DNA of 64,000 nucleotides from Pseudomonadales bacterium (GCA_965199705.1 OZ241359.1:1183584-1247583); one strand, 5' to 3'. Shown: positions 9,578 to 19,864, counted from the stretch's first letter. The notes: a model not told the origin generated them from the sequence alone. A program made the numbers and translations.

Positions 9578-10744
9578 TTAAGCAGTTAACTTGGCAGGTA
9601 GAGCGTCAAACCCTTGCAGGAGGTTGTTCAGGAGAGGCGTGGGTTCACCGACTTCGATGACTGACACTCTTTCGATCAGTGCGCGAGCCAGTGCTTCCAT
9701 TTCCATCCGCGCAAGATGTTTACCCGCGCAGAGATGGACGCCATGTCCCCAACCGACTTGATCACGAGGGTTACGGTCCACTTGGAATATCTCTGGATCC
9801 GGGTAGTGACGCTCATCCCAGTTGGCGCTGGCGTACAGCACTGCGATCCGGGAACCTTCGGGGACGGTGCCGTCTCCGGTTTCGTAGTCTGTTGCGCAAA
9901 ATCGAGTGAAACTTCGAATAGGTGACCCGAGACGAACACTCTCGTTCACCATACTGCTGATGAGTGAAGGATTTTCTCTAAGTTGCTTGAATTGCTCAGG
10001 TGACCTTCCCAGTTCCCAAAGCATGTGGGCAGTGGCGAGGATGGTGGTATCCAGGCTGGGTGCCACATAGTCCACAACCATCATGGCGCCTTCCTCTGGG
10101 CTCAAGCCGCCGTTGGCGACCTCCTTGAATAATCCAGCGGCCCATCCATCCGGTTTCACTCTATCCGGGGTGAGCGTCTGAATGTACTCAATGAGGCCCA
10201 GTGCGGTTTCCAGCGCGTCAGCAGTGCGCTGGTTCATGGGGCCCAGAGCGTTGAAAGTTGCTGCCGCCCATTCGAGCATGTTGTCGCGACCGGACTCCTC
10301 CAGTCCAACAAGTTCACTCACGATTGAGACTGGCAGAACCCTTGCAAAATCTGCGACACCGCAGAACTCATCGCGTTCGAGCAGTGTCTCGACCAATTGA
10401 TCTGCGGCCGCGTTGATTCGATCCGCGACCGCCTTCAGCGAACCCGGCATGAGCGGGCGCATCAAGACAGCTCGACGATGGGAGTGAATCTCGCCGTCGC
10501 TCGTGATGGTTGCGTAACCTTGCGTGCTGTTCAGAAAATCGTTGGCGGCGACACCCTGACCACTGATCAAAGTCGAATCCGCTCGAAGTGCCGCACGTAC
10601 GGCATCGAAGCGAGTGACTGCGTACAGATCATTAGTCGGCAGATACACGATCCCGCCCGAATCGCGCAGCAACTTATACGTTGACGAGGTATTCGTCAGC
10701 GTGTCGTCACCGAATAGATCGGCATCAACTGAAGGGATGCTCAT
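9578..10744 (-). CDS. cytochrome P450
   Basis: 388-aa ORF. Heme-thiolate loop WGHGVHLCAGKHLARME (FxxGxHxCxG pattern) and an ExxR motif (ESVR). Confidence 0.9.
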   Translation of the reverse strand: MSIPSVDADLFGDDTLTNTSSTYKLLRDSGGIVYLPTNDLYAVTRFDAVRAALRADSTLISGQGVAANDFLNSTQGYATITSDGEIHSHRRAVLMRPLMPGSLKAVADRINAAADQLVETLLERDEFCGVADFARVLPVSIVSELVGLEESGRDNMLEWAAATFNALGPMNQRTADALETALGLIEYIQTLTPDRVKPDGWAAGLFKEVANGGLSPEEGAMMVVDYVAPSLDTTILATAHMLWELGRSPEQFKQLRENPSLISSMVNESVRLGSPIRSFTRFCATDYETGDGTVPEGSRIAVLYASANWDERHYPDPEIFQVDRNPRDQVGWGHGVHLCAGKHLARMEMEALARALIERVSVIEVGEPTPLLNNLLQGFDALPAKLTA

Positions 10745-10746
10745 GT

Positions 10747-11643
10747 CTAACGAATATAGCTTTGACTCTCAGCCACGACAGTGTTTTCGATGTGGCCGAT
10801 CTGGTCGACATCGATACGAACTGTTTGACCCGCCTCCAGCCAAGGTTGCCCGTCCATGAACATCGCCACGCCTGCGGATGTGCCTGTTGCAATAACGTCG
10901 CCCGGAAGCAGCGTAAATGCCGTCGAAAGATGGGCGATCAACTCATCGATTTTGAAGTGCATGTCGGCGGTGTTGTAGTTTTGGCGTTCTTCACCATCTA
11001 CAGTCAATCGAACATGCAGACTGTGTGGATCTGTGATTTCGTCCGTTGTGACGATGCTTGGGCCCATAGGACAGTGTGTATCCCAAGACTTGCCCATCGT
11101 CATTGTGGGAGTTGCGCGCTGCCAGTCTCTTATGGTGACATCATTAACGATCGTGTACCCAGCGATCACGCTGTAGGCGTCTTCTTTGCTCACTCTGCGG
11201 CAGGTCTTGCCAATCACGACGCCAAGCTCAGCCTCGTAGTCGAGTTCATTAGACTCTTGCGGCAAGCCAATAGGTGCGTAGGGGCCGTTGGCAGACGTGC
11301 TCTGTTTGTTGAAAATCACCGGCGTCGTAGGCACATTGAAGCCTCGTGCCTTGCGAATTTCTTCAGGGATCTCAAGGATGTGCTGCACGTAGTTCAATCC
11401 AACCGCGAGAATCTTGGGTGGATTGCCAATCGGGCACGCCAACTGCGCATCGGAGAGACTCACGGCGACTGAGCCCGTTTCGGCTGCCGCGCGGGCCGCA
11501 GCGAGCGCATCATCCCCGCCTTGCAGGAGGCTTAGCATATCGCCGGGTAGATTCGCATCGGCAGCTTGCAGGTCAACGATGCCGTCCTTCTTGAGCGCAC
11601 CAAGACGTGTTTGATTGTTTGCGGTGTAGGTGACCAGTTGCAT
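10747..11643 (-). CDS. fumarylacetoacetate hydrolase (FAH) family protein
   Basis: ORF 10747..11769. Preferred start ATG 11643 (MQLVTYTANNQTRLG...), because the upstream extension overlaps the MFS gene. LDYEAELGVVIG and GDVIATGTSAGV motifs. Confidence 0.85.
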   Translation of the reverse strand: MQLVTYTANNQTRLGALKKDGIVDLQAADANLPGDMLSLLQGGDDALAAARAAAETGSVAVSLSDAQLACPIGNPPKILAVGLNYVQHILEIPEEIRKARGFNVPTTPVIFNKQSTSANGPYAPIGLPQESNELDYEAELGVVIGKTCRRVSKEDAYSVIAGYTIVNDVTIRDWQRATPTMTMGKSWDTHCPMGPSIVTTDEITDPHSLHVRLTVDGEERQNYNTADMHFKIDELIAHLSTAFTLLPGDVIATGTSAGVAMFMDGQPWLEAGQTVRIDVDQIGHIENTVVAESQSYIR

Positions 11644-11665
11644 GGGATTCCTCAGATTGGTGGTT

Positions 11666-12868
11666 TCATTTGCTTGATGTTGTGGGTTCTTTGATACCGA
11701 AAAGCGTGATGAGCAAGCCCAGCCCGGCGCCAGTGCCACAGACATAGAACACGGTTTGGATACCGGCACTTTCAGCGATGGCGCCGGTAATGCCTGGCAT
11801 TATCGCACCACCAACCACTTCACCAATGCCCGCGACAATTCCGGTGGCTGTGGCGGCGAGGTGTGGTGGCACGGAAGTATTCATAAGTGGTCCGACATTG
11901 ATGGCGATAACGCCGGAAACACAAAGGCTTACGGTAAAAAGACAGGTAGTGAGCACCCCTACGGAGGGATCTTGAACGGTAAGGATGGCGAGCGCGAGAA
12001 ACGCGCAGGCCATCGCAACAACCATGATGGGTTTGCGTCCTAGGCGATCGGACAGCGCAGGCACGAGCAGCATGCCGATGACGCCACCCATGCCGATCGC
12101 AGACATCACGATGCCCATTTGCTGCATCGGTAAGCTCATGTAATCAGTCATGTAGCTCGGCATGAACGCGGACAGTGGATGTAGGCTGGAGAAAAAGCAG
12201 ATCATTCCAAGCGCGCCGAACAACACGTTCCGATAGGCAAACGCTTCCTGAAATGAAGGCCGTCCAGGTCCGGAGGCATGACTGTCCGGGCGGTTGGGCG
12301 CTCGCAGTGTGCGATGCAAGAAGTAAGCCAGGACGAACCCAGGCAGGGCGATGATTGCGAAAACCCACTCCCAACTCACATACTGCAAGAGGCTGACGGC
12401 GATGATGGGGCCAAGTCCGAGACCCACGAGTGGGGCCGCCATTTGTTGAATGCCCACAGTCAGGCCCGTTCGGCTGGGTTTCGATGCATCGATTGTGGCC
12501 ACGATGCTTGCGGGAACGAACCCACCTTCAGCGAATCCCATGAGTGCGCGTATGACGATCAAGCTGGTAATCCCCGTCGCTAGACCGCTCATCGCGACCA
12601 AGGATGAAAACAAGATAACGGATGTGACCAACACCGGTCGATGGCCTATACGATCTGTGAGCTTCCCGGCAAAAAGAGAGGCGATACCCCAAGTGAGTGC
12701 TAGAACACCGGAAATGAGGCCCAAATCTTGATAGTTCAATCCTAGATCATTGGCCATCGCTGGGAAGAGTGGGGCGATGATAAAGCGGTCCAAGCCCACC
12801 AGGCCAAAACCCAACGCGAGTAAGGCAACTGCCTTCAACTCATAGGTTTTGTCCCAGGAAGACTGCAT
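11666..12868 (-). CDS. MFS transporter
   Basis: 400-aa ORF, multi-TM. GKLTDRIGHRP (loop 2-3) and LSDRLGRKP (loop 8-9) MFS signature motifs. Confidence 0.85.
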   Translation of the reverse strand: MQSSWDKTYELKAVALLALGFGLVGLDRFIIAPLFPAMANDLGLNYQDLGLISGVLALTWGIASLFAGKLTDRIGHRPVLVTSVILFSSLVAMSGLATGITSLIVIRALMGFAEGGFVPASIVATIDASKPSRTGLTVGIQQMAAPLVGLGLGPIIAVSLLQYVSWEWVFAIIALPGFVLAYFLHRTLRAPNRPDSHASGPGRPSFQEAFAYRNVLFGALGMICFFSSLHPLSAFMPSYMTDYMSLPMQQMGIVMSAIGMGGVIGMLLVPALSDRLGRKPIMVVAMACAFLALAILTVQDPSVGVLTTCLFTVSLCVSGVIAINVGPLMNTSVPPHLAATATGIVAGIGEVVGGAIMPGITGAIAESAGIQTVFYVCGTGAGLGLLITLFGIKEPTTSSK

Positions 12869-12951
12869 TGTTGTATGGCTCGCCCCGTGCCACTCAAGCG
12901 ACTGACTTGTTCTTGTCTAAAACTTGTCTCCGATATGACAATATCCCCACT

Positions 12952-13056
12952 AAATATGATTGTCAACAAATATATCGGCTTCTACCACCCCACCCAGTCT
13001 AATAATTTTGCCAATTTACAAAATATTGACCCTAAATTTGATCTATGACAAAATAA
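12952..13056. promoter_or_regulatory. AT-rich divergent promoter region with two copies of an operator-like motif
   Basis: AAATATGATTGTCAACAAATATA (12952-12974) and AAATTTGATCTATGACAAAATAA (13034-13056). They lie between the divergent MFS operon and the TonB-receptor operon. A related copy is at 19865-19887. Confidence 0.3.
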
Positions 13057-13107
13057 GAGATGTTGCTTTCGTGGAAAGAGCAGAATTCCAATGAGGGGAG
13101 AATAATT

Positions 13108-15459
13108 ATGGAGTTACGTAACGTCCTGGTTGGCGCATTGGTCGTCGTGCTGTCCATGCTGTTGACGGTATCGGTGCCTGTGAGTCATGCCGAAGAAGCG
13201 GTGATTGAGGAAGTCATCGTTACCGCTAGCAGGCGATCCGAGAGCATTCAGGATTCGTCCCTGATTGTTGAAGCCATGACCGGCGATCAGCTCCGTGAGC
13301 AGGGAATTCTGAACATGGCCAACCTGGGCATGGCTGTCCCATCACTTCAGGTTGGCGCTGCTGGACCCGCGCTGCAGATATACCTGCGTGGGGTAGGCAG
13401 TGGCACCGCGACGAGCTTCGGCAATCCCGCGATCGCGGTCAGTAAGGATGGTTCGTACATCGCGCGCGTGCCTTCAATCGCCTCACACTTCTTCGACTTG
13501 GAACGTGTGGAAGTTCTGAAAGGCCCTCAAGGCACCTTGTATGGGCGAAATGCGACCGGCGGCGCGGTTAACCTCATTACGCGACGCCCGGATCTGGAGA
13601 AGGTATCTGGGTATGTGTCCACAGATATTGGTGACTACGACAAAATCCAAGTGGAAGGTGCGGTCAACATTCCCTTAAGTGAGACTTTCGCCGCTCGAGT
13701 TTCCGCGATTAGCGTTGATCGAGATGGTTACATGTCCGATGGCACCAGTGATGACGAGCACTATGCGGCAAGGCTGCAGTTGTTGTGGGAACCAGACGAG
13801 CGACTGTCGTGGCGTTTTCAGGGTCAATTATCAGAATATGATGGCAGGGGCCAAGGGTTCACCTACGCCGGGGCTCAAGATGCTTGGACGAGTCTCTACC
13901 CCAGTGCCAACGCGATCTTGGCCGCCAATGGGCCGAGGGCTCCCAGCATTGCATTTCCTTGGATAACAACTGCCCCCGTGTTGGGGCCGGCGCCCACACC
14001 GCCCTTTCCTCCGGGGACGAACTTCATTTCGTTGATCAACTTCATCGAAGATGACATTAGCCAGGACATGACATTCTGGGACGTCAGCACCGAATTTGAA
14101 TACGACTTCGATTTCGCGACCTTGACCGTGGTTGCCTCTCATCAAGATGCGGAAATGACTTACGTCAGTCGTCCCTCCGTGCGATTGCAACTGGCTGACG
14201 AGTTGGATGGTTTTCAGCCCGAGGAGGCGGATTCTCTATCCATCGAGGCGCGCTTGAGCGGTGAAACCGATACGCTCAAGTGGGTTATTGGCGCCAACGT
14301 GTTCAGTGAAGAGCAAACCGTCTTCAACCGGGTTAACCAAGGCGTGATCCAGAACCTGCAAGTGCAGAGTGAATATGAAACCGACGGCCTCGGCATTTTT
14401 GGAGAACTCAACTACAGCCTGAGTGATGCGACTCGGCTGATTGCCGGCTTGCGTTACAGTGATGATGAGCTGGAGAAGCCCAACTTCTTTCGTTGGGCGG
14501 TCGGTGAGTCGCTCGCGTGTCCACCCCCACGTCAGCAAGTCGTGAATGGTGTTGTCGCCTGCCTGGTTTCTGGCCCTGAATCGGAATCGATTTCCTTCGA
14601 CAATGTGGATTGGAAACTGGGTCTCGAATACGACATTGCTGAAGACGTGATGTTGTTCGCTACTGTGAGCACCGGTTATAAATCAGGCGGTCTTCCTGCG
14701 GTATCCGGTCCTGGTTATGACGAGGAAAAGCTGGATGCGTACACGCTGGGTCTCAAGAGCACGGTGCTCGACGGACGCATGCAGTTTAACGCCGAAGTTT
14801 TCTACTGGGACTACACCGGTCGTCAAGAAGCCGCTGTAGGACCTGATGCCACAGGTATCGTCGGAATCAACACCTACAATGCCGGCGACTCCACTATCCA
14901 AGGTGTTGCCTTCGATATGCAATGGGCGGTCACGGCAAACGACTTCTTGCGCTTGAACTTCGAGTACCTGGATGCTGAGTACGATGACTTTTCGTTCACG
15001 CAAGCCGCCCAGTTTACGCCACCAACCACGTGTTCAACGACGCCTACGGGAGCAACCGTCCCCACACCGGCCGGTCTATCGCCTGAACTCTTAATCGACT
15101 GTTCCGGCTTCGAAATGACCCGGTCTCCTGAAATTTCCTATTCGGCTGACTACGTTCACACGTTTCCCTTGGGCAGCAATGGCGAAATCGATGTTCGGGT
15201 GAACGTGTCATACACGGATAAGCGATGGCTTTCCGCCAACTTCCTCGCTGAACAGCGCGTGGATGACTACACGATCTTAAACGCTTACGTTTCCTATCGT
15301 TCAGCGGACACACGCCTTTCGGTTACGGCCTACCTGGAAAACGCGACAGAGGATGCAGCATTTAATACCTCCTTAAACCACACGCAGGTACCCGCGTTGA
15401 TCGGCTTGATGCCGAATCCACCACGCACCTACGGGCTTCGGGTGCGCTACGGCTTCTAG
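13108..15459 (+). CDS. TonB-dependent receptor
   Basis: ORF 13060..15459. ATG 13108 is preceded by GAGGGGAG. Signal peptide, then a TonB-box/plug region (EEVIVTASRRSESIQDSS), VEVLKGPQGTLYGRNATGGAVNL, and a C-terminal ...YGLRVRYGF barrel-closing Phe. Confidence 0.9.
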   Translation: MELRNVLVGALVVVLSMLLTVSVPVSHAEEAVIEEVIVTASRRSESIQDSSLIVEAMTGDQLREQGILNMANLGMAVPSLQVGAAGPALQIYLRGVGSGTATSFGNPAIAVSKDGSYIARVPSIASHFFDLERVEVLKGPQGTLYGRNATGGAVNLITRRPDLEKVSGYVSTDIGDYDKIQVEGAVNIPLSETFAARVSAISVDRDGYMSDGTSDDEHYAARLQLLWEPDERLSWRFQGQLSEYDGRGQGFTYAGAQDAWTSLYPSANAILAANGPRAPSIAFPWITTAPVLGPAPTPPFPPGTNFISLINFIEDDISQDMTFWDVSTEFEYDFDFATLTVVASHQDAEMTYVSRPSVRLQLADELDGFQPEEADSLSIEARLSGETDTLKWVIGANVFSEEQTVFNRVNQGVIQNLQVQSEYETDGLGIFGELNYSLSDATRLIAGLRYSDDELEKPNFFRWAVGESLACPPPRQQVVNGVVACLVSGPESESISFDNVDWKLGLEYDIAEDVMLFATVSTGYKSGGLPAVSGPGYDEEKLDAYTLGLKSTVLDGRMQFNAEVFYWDYTGRQEAAVGPDATGIVGINTYNAGDSTIQGVAFDMQWAVTANDFLRLNFEYLDAEYDDFSFTQAAQFTPPTTCSTTPTGATVPTPAGLSPELLIDCSGFEMTRSPEISYSADYVHTFPLGSNGEIDVRVNVSYTDKRWLSANFLAEQRVDDYTILNAYVSYRSADTRLSVTAYLENATEDAAFNTSLNHTQVPALIGLMPNPPRTYGLRVRYGF

Positions 15460-15469
15460 GTTGGGTTCA

Positions 15470-17191
15470 ATGAGGAGATCGTTCAGCCTGACATTGGCGC
15501 TTGTTCTATGCGCCAATGTCGCCTCAGCAGATGAGCGCCCCAACTTCCTCATCATTGTCGCCGACGATATGGGTTGGTCGGATCTGGGTGTGTTGGGCGG
15601 CGAAATTCGGACGCCCAGTCTTGATGCCCTGGCACAGAGTGGCACGCTCATGACGGCCTACTATGTGGCCCCTACATGTGCACCCACGCGTTCGATGTTG
15701 ATGACCGGGGTCGATAACCATCAGGCGGGACTCGGCGTGCAGTCGGGTTTGAGTGCCCCTAACCAGGTCGGTATCAACTATGAAGGTCAGTTGCATGATG
15801 GTGTGGTCACCATGGCGGAGGCCTTGGGCGCCAGCGGCTATGGCACGTACATGTCCGGCAAATGGCATTTGGCGGACAATCATAATTTCCATGCGCAGGC
15901 TCCGAATAAAAGAGGGTTTGATCGTTCCTTTACTCTGATTACGGGTGGGGCGAGTCACTTTGGTGATCAGAGGCCTATCTCGCCGGTGGAGCTCGCAAAC
16001 TATCTCGAAGATGGCGAGCGCATTGAAAAACTGCCTGATGATTTCTATTCGACCATCAGCTACACCGATAAGTTGTTGTCCTACCTCCAGGATCACGACC
16101 AACGCCAACCCTTCTTCGCCTACCTGGCCTACACCGCACCTCATGATCCGTTGGGTGTACCAGATGAGTGGTCGGATCGTTATGCCGGGGCCTATGATCA
16201 AGGGCCGGTTGCAACCCGGCGTGCGCGAGCCGACCGGCAGCAGGAAATGGGCCTGCTGCCTGAAGGGGCCGGGTTGTGGCAGTACCCGGCTTTTCCGGGA
16301 TGGTTCCCGAATCATCGAGGGCCTTGGTCAGAACGTGATCCGGAACAGCGGAAGAAAGATGCTCGACGCATGGAGATCTACGCGAGCATGGTGGAGCTCC
16401 TGGATCAACAAATTGGGCGTGTGACGGCAAATCTCGAATCGACGGGTCAGCTCGATAATACGTACGTCGTTTTCTTCTCCGACAACGGCGCAAGTTCTCC
16501 CGGGCCCTTTGTATACCCTGGCGTAACGCAAGAGTGGTTTGCCGAGACTTGGAAGAACGACTACGAAACCCGAGGCCAACCGGGCAACTTCGGCGTGCAA
16601 GGCCGAGAATGGGCCAGCGTTTCGGTCACACCCTTTAAGCTCTACAAGGCCTCTGTGAGTGAAGGTGGCATCCGCTCTCCACTTATTGTCAGGGGGCCAG
16701 GGGTGGTCCCCAATGCGTTTAACAGTGCATTAGCCCATGTTACCGACATCGCGGCGACGCTGTATGACCTTGCCGGTGTGGACACTGACAGCGCGCTCTT
16801 TGCGGATAAGGTGCCACCTCAAGGGGTTTCTTTGATGCCGGTGCTCAGTGGCCAGGCGGCTTCCGTGCGCGAGGAATTCGGCGTGCATTTGTTTGGTAAC
16901 CGTGGCTTCCGACGGGGCAAATGGAAGATCAGTAACACCCAGCCCCCGCTCTCCACCGGCGTCTGGGAGCTCTATGACTTGGAACAGGATCCGGGTGAAG
17001 TCAATGACTTGAGCGATGTGTATCCAGAAATCAAAGCTGAATTGTTGGCAGGCTTTGATGAGTACGTTGCGCGCAACGGTATCATTCTTCCGTCGGAATC
17101 TCCATTGCGTGGGGGCTTGCGGAATCTTTACCCGGAGGAGTGCGACTGGTGGTGTGAGGCGCGCTTCACGGTGATCGGCTGGTTGCAATAG
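15470..17191 (+). CDS. arylsulfatase (formylglycine-dependent sulfatase)
   Basis: ORF 15461..17191. ATG 15470 gives the signal peptide MRRSFSLTLALVLCANVASA. PNFLIIVADDMGWSD and the C-x-P-x-R site CAPTRSMLMTG. Confidence 0.85.
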   Translation: MRRSFSLTLALVLCANVASADERPNFLIIVADDMGWSDLGVLGGEIRTPSLDALAQSGTLMTAYYVAPTCAPTRSMLMTGVDNHQAGLGVQSGLSAPNQVGINYEGQLHDGVVTMAEALGASGYGTYMSGKWHLADNHNFHAQAPNKRGFDRSFTLITGGASHFGDQRPISPVELANYLEDGERIEKLPDDFYSTISYTDKLLSYLQDHDQRQPFFAYLAYTAPHDPLGVPDEWSDRYAGAYDQGPVATRRARADRQQEMGLLPEGAGLWQYPAFPGWFPNHRGPWSERDPEQRKKDARRMEIYASMVELLDQQIGRVTANLESTGQLDNTYVVFFSDNGASSPGPFVYPGVTQEWFAETWKNDYETRGQPGNFGVQGREWASVSVTPFKLYKASVSEGGIRSPLIVRGPGVVPNAFNSALAHVTDIAATLYDLAGVDTDSALFADKVPPQGVSLMPVLSGQAASVREEFGVHLFGNRGFRRGKWKISNTQPPLSTGVWELYDLEQDPGEVNDLSDVYPEIKAELLAGFDEYVARNGIILPSESPLRGGLRNLYPEECDWWCEARFTVIGWLQ

Positions 17192-17194
17192 CAG

Positions 17195-18265
17195 GTGCTA
17201 ACGACGTTTGTGACGATTCTACTGGCCCTTGGCGCGACGTATGTCTACATGGGGTCCCGGCGCCCGCCGCCCATACCCTATCACCTGATCAACGCTGTCT
17301 CCGGTCTCCTGCGTCCTGATTTCCATTCCGGACGACCGACCGTGTGTCCTCGGATGACCGAGGATCTCCGCTATCCAGCCGCAATCCCTCCGCCGGACAC
17401 CGCCAATCTGCACGGTGAAATCGAGGTGTTGGAGAGCGGTACGGAAGCCGCACACTGGTATGCCGATTCAGATGGCGTAACCTGGCACTTTGTAACAGCA
17501 GGCGAACCCGACCAGCCGGTGATCCTCATGCTGCACGGATTGCCTGAATCCTGGTGGGCGTTTCATCATCAGATCTCGGAGCTTGCGAAAGATCATTACG
17601 TGATCGCGCTTGATTGCAAAGGCTACGGGCAGAGTGATAAGCGTCTTGACCTCGACTATACGGCAGCAGGAATGGCGCAAGAGACAGCTAATCTGATGGA
17701 TCAGCTGGGCGTTGGTGACTTTGTTGTAATTGCCCATGATCGTGGCGCAGTCATTGCGGACCACATGACCAGCATCGAAAGTCTGAAGGGTCGTATCCTC
17801 AAGTACGTTCGGATGCAGCAGTCGTTTAACGAGCCGCATGGTAAGCCGAGACCGCCTCATGCCATGTTCGCGACGAAGATGGGGGAGGGGAACTTTCAGT
17901 CCAAAAACATCATCAATATCGTCTACACCAAGGTGATGGCAACGGGGCTGACACCCACGACGCTGGCGCGATTGAACTATGAGTTCAAGTTCAAGGGCAC
18001 AGCCCAAGCGGTCAGCCGGTACTTTCAGTTCAACAACTTCGACTTGGAATACAAGGACCGGCACGAAAAGCTGTTCGCGCACATGACCATGCCGATGTTG
18101 GTTCTGCAGGGTAAATGGGACGCGGGTCAGCATCCGGAAGAGTACGCCAGGAGCGCTGACTTTGCCGGGGACGTTGTCGTAGAGTTCGTTGAAGCCAACC
18201 ACTTCAGCCATATCGAAAATCCCAGGGCGGTGAATGGCGCGATACGTCGCTTCCTGAGCAGGTAA
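17195..18265 (+). CDS. alpha/beta hydrolase (epoxide hydrolase/dehalogenase-like)
   Basis: 356-aa ORF (GTG start). VILMLHGLPESWWAFHHQ..., VVIAHDRGAVIA (nucleophile Asp elbow), and a C-terminal ANHFSHIENP His motif. Confidence 0.75.
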   Translation: MLTTFVTILLALGATYVYMGSRRPPPIPYHLINAVSGLLRPDFHSGRPTVCPRMTEDLRYPAAIPPPDTANLHGEIEVLESGTEAAHWYADSDGVTWHFVTAGEPDQPVILMLHGLPESWWAFHHQISELAKDHYVIALDCKGYGQSDKRLDLDYTAAGMAQETANLMDQLGVGDFVVIAHDRGAVIADHMTSIESLKGRILKYVRMQQSFNEPHGKPRPPHAMFATKMGEGNFQSKNIINIVYTKVMATGLTPTTLARLNYEFKFKGTAQAVSRYFQFNNFDLEYKDRHEKLFAHMTMPMLVLQGKWDAGQHPEEYARSADFAGDVVVEFVEANHFSHIENPRAVNGAIRRFLSR

Positions 18266-18292
18266 TCATAGAAAAGCTGATAAAACGGACCG

Positions 18293-18934
18293 ATGACAGC
18301 GGTAGACAAGAGGACGCGTAAGCGCCGACCCCAGGAACGGGCGGAGATCACCAAGCGCAAACTAATTGAAACCGCGCTCAGAGAATTTTCCGGACGCGGA
18401 TTCGACGCGGTCACCGTGCGAGATATTGAAGTAGAGGCAGGCGTACAAAGAAACCTGGTCAGCTATCACTTCGGCAGCAAGGATGAACTCTGGAAGGCGG
18501 CTGCTGCGGACATCATGACCAAGCTTGAAGCGTTTCGAGCGGAGCGCGCGGAGGTCGTTAGAGATTTATCCATCCGTGACCGAATCGCATACACCCTTCG
18601 AAGCTACGTTCGTTTTTGTGCTCAACATCCTGAACTGAATCGCCTGATGATCCAGGAAGGTAAACAAGCGAGCTGGCGCATGGAATGGATGGTTGATCAT
18701 TATCACCGTCCAGCGATGCTTGGATTGCGTACCCTCGTCGAAGAAGGACTGGAACTCACCGACGATGAGTTCGTCCACTGGTACTATCTGTTTGTGAGTA
18801 GCGGCGCGATGATCTTTTCGTTGGCGCCTGAGGCAAAACTCTTGTTTGAGGTGGATGTCAGCGAAGATGCCCTAATCGATCGCCACGCTGACATGATGGT
18901 CGAGTTTCTGATGTCACGCAGCAAAGACCAGTAA
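18293..18934 (+). CDS. TetR/AcrR family transcriptional regulator
   Basis: 213-aa ORF. KLIETALREFSGRGFDAVTVRDIEVEAGVQRNLVSYHFGSKDELWKAA. Last gene of the co-directional 13108-18934 array. Confidence 0.85.
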   Translation: MTAVDKRTRKRRPQERAEITKRKLIETALREFSGRGFDAVTVRDIEVEAGVQRNLVSYHFGSKDELWKAAAADIMTKLEAFRAERAEVVRDLSIRDRIAYTLRSYVRFCAQHPELNRLMIQEGKQASWRMEWMVDHYHRPAMLGLRTLVEEGLELTDDEFVHWYYLFVSSGAMIFSLAPEAKLLFEVDVSEDALIDRHADMMVEFLMSRSKDQ

Positions 18935-18942
18935 GCTCGGTC

Positions 18943-19818
18943 TCAACCAAAATCCTGAAGCCCGGATACCTCTCTGAGCGATGTCCCCGCCGACTGCTGG
19001 TGGGTGTGCATTTGTTTACGCATTTCAACCAAAGGCGGTGGATCCTGAACCTCTTTCGCGAACTCAGGTTTTGCGTTCAGCTGATCGAACCAAGCGCCTA
19101 TGCGCGGGTGTAGATCATGCAGTGGGTATCCCGCATTGGATAGCCGCACAGAGTAGATGTACCAGGCGATGTCCAGCAGAGAAAGTTCAGACTCCAGAAG
19201 GTAAGGCTGATCAGCCAGCCGCTCATCCAGGTTGTCGTAGGCGTGCTTGAAACGGTGCGCTGATGCCATTACCTGATCGTCGCTGATACCGCCATTGCTC
19301 TGGATATCGCGGAAGAATTTGAGCTCCACCGCTTTGTGGGGGTCTTCGGCACCGCCGACCTTGCCGCTGCCAAACTGTTGATACTTCTCCAGCGCCTCGT
19401 CGCTCCGTGGCTTGGCCCCGGGGAAAGCGTAGCGCATGGAAAGCGCGCGAAGATCCAGATGCAACTCGTCTTCCGCAGCCAGCAGATCGTGAGACTCACT
19501 TTCCTTTCCTTTTGGAATCAACGGTGGTGAAGGAAACTTGGTCTCCAGGTATTCCAGGATGTCATTGCTCTCGATGATTACGTCGCCATCGTCGACCAGC
19601 ACCGGGACGAGTCCGCGTGGATTAATGCCCATGAACCACTCGGAGTAGTTCTCGTTCTTCGAGAGATCAACGTGGTGAGATTCCCACTCGATCCCTTTCA
19701 GGTTCAAGAAGATCCGGGTTTTCTGTGAACAGGACGAGCCCATGAAGTGCAGCAGGTGAATGCCTTGCCAGTTCAGAACTTCCGTGGTCAGGATGTCGGT
19801 CTCAAGCAGTTGAACCAT
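18943..19818 (-). CDS. glutathione S-transferase-like protein
   Basis: 291-aa ORF. SSCSQKTRIFLNLKGIEWESHHVDL...GINPRGLVPVLVDDGDVIIESNDILEYL is a GST N-domain pattern. Confidence 0.65.
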   Translation of the reverse strand: MVQLLETDILTTEVLNWQGIHLLHFMGSSCSQKTRIFLNLKGIEWESHHVDLSKNENYSEWFMGINPRGLVPVLVDDGDVIIESNDILEYLETKFPSPPLIPKGKESESHDLLAAEDELHLDLRALSMRYAFPGAKPRSDEALEKYQQFGSGKVGGAEDPHKAVELKFFRDIQSNGGISDDQVMASAHRFKHAYDNLDERLADQPYLLESELSLLDIAWYIYSVRLSNAGYPLHDLHPRIGAWFDQLNAKPEFAKEVQDPPPLVEMRKQMHTHQQSAGTSLREVSGLQDFG

Positions 19819-19864
19819 AAGTACTCATCTTAAAAATGTGCATATAGGAAAATATAATAGTATA

